32,000 nt of DNA from Wallemia ichthyophaga EXF-994 (taxonomy: Eukaryota > Fungi > Basidiomycota): NCBI RefSeq assembly GCF_000400465.1, contig NW_008806295.1, positions 1-32,000 of the forward strand. The letters run 5' to 3'. The notes beneath the pieces are model-generated. The model was not told the origin of the DNA and ran no database searches. It saw only the letters and a list, made by a program, of their open reading frames with translations. Positions 31,392 to 32,000 of the stretch are shown in pieces. The position numbers and the translations under genes are program-made. Each line of letters starts with the position of its first letter. Positions within the stretch are counted from its first letter, which is position 1.

Positions 31392-32000
31392 CTACTCCAT
31401 CATTCCCTGGCTGTGAGCGAGTTTGTAGAATTCGCTCGATGTGTTAGACAGCAGCGAAGTGGGGCTATCCGACTCCACGACGCGACCCTCATCCATAACA
31501 ATAACCTGATCATAAGCGCTAATAGTGGATATTCTATGAGCGACGCTAATAACCGTGACGCCCTTGAGTGCAGTTTTGAGTAACGCGAGCAGTCTCTCAT
31601 CTGTCTTGGAGTCCATATTTGACGAGGCTTCATCAAGTAAGACGATTCTACGTTTCTGGAGGAGGATTCTAGCGATGCAGAGGAGCTGTCTTTCACCTGC
31701 ACTAAACTCCATCCCATCCGTCGTCACCTGCGTATCGAGTTTGTGTTCTAAGTCATTGACCTGTTTCGCCATACCGACATGGTCCAGCGCCCGCCATATA
31801 TCCTCTTGGCTAGCCCCCTCGCATCCCAAAATGAGGTTATCTTTCAGCGACGCATGCAGCAGGAAGGGGTCCTGGCTAATGGTGCTGATGCGCTTGCGCA
31901 GTGTGTGTAGTGGCACAGTCGCTAGATCTACCCCATCCACGATAATCCTGCCTGAGCGCAGCGGCTGACCACGGAGGAGAGCGTAGATAGTCGATGATTT
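31392..32000 (-). CDS. ABCC/MRP-type ABC transporter, C-terminal NBD2 (partial)
   Basis: The frame is open to the window edge: KSSTIYALLR (end of Walker A), ISQDPFL (Q-loop), FSAGERQLLCIAR (signature), IVLLDEASSNMD (Walker B) and SVAHRIST. Confidence 0.92.
   Translation of the reverse strand, partial: KSSTIYALLRGQPLRSGRIIVDGVDLATVPLHTLRKRISTISQDPFLLHASLKDNLILGCEGASQEDIWRALDHVGMAKQVNDLEHKLDTQVTTDGMEFSAGERQLLCIARILLQKRRIVLLDEASSNMDSKTDERLLALLKTALKGVTVISVAHRISTISAYDQVIVMDEGRVVESDSPTSLLSNTSSEFYKLAHSQGMME

Overview
Eukaryotic (fungal) nuclear DNA from a very compact genome: roughly 22 protein-coding loci and one tRNA in 32 kb. Most introns are 41-59 nt with GTGAGT/GTGGGT/GTGTGT/GTATGT/GTAGGT donors, and several intergenic gaps are under 60 bp. 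This style suggests a streamlined basidiomycete such as Wallemia, which is an inference and not a database result. Recognisable genes are a CNT nucleoside transporter (partial), an R3H/SUZ protein, HIT1, an HPP membrane protein, ARP8, mitoribosomal bL9m and uS17m, TSC13, tRNA-Asp(GTC), LTV1, TOP1, an EF-hand type II NAD(P)H dehydrogenase, a short cystathionine beta-synthase, a siderophore MFS transporter, PTC2/3, PTC1, SET9 and the end of an ABCC transporter. Three things stand out. (1) A three-exon gene missed by the ORF track (23645-23898) encodes a 55-aa precursor with a signal peptide, a propeptide and a 26-aa Cys/Met-rich mature peptide. It lies between the CBS gene and the siderophore transporter, with its own TATA box and candidate Zn2Cys6, GATA and bZIP sites. 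(2) An apparently exact 1060-bp tandem duplication (5638-7757) copies the ARP8/bL9m divergent promoter and leaves two convergent truncated gene fragments; it may be an assembly artefact. (3) Several housekeeping domains have lost hallmark residues or modules (R3H, zf-HIT, CBS). All gene models were derived by hand translation and splice-site reading, and no searches were run.
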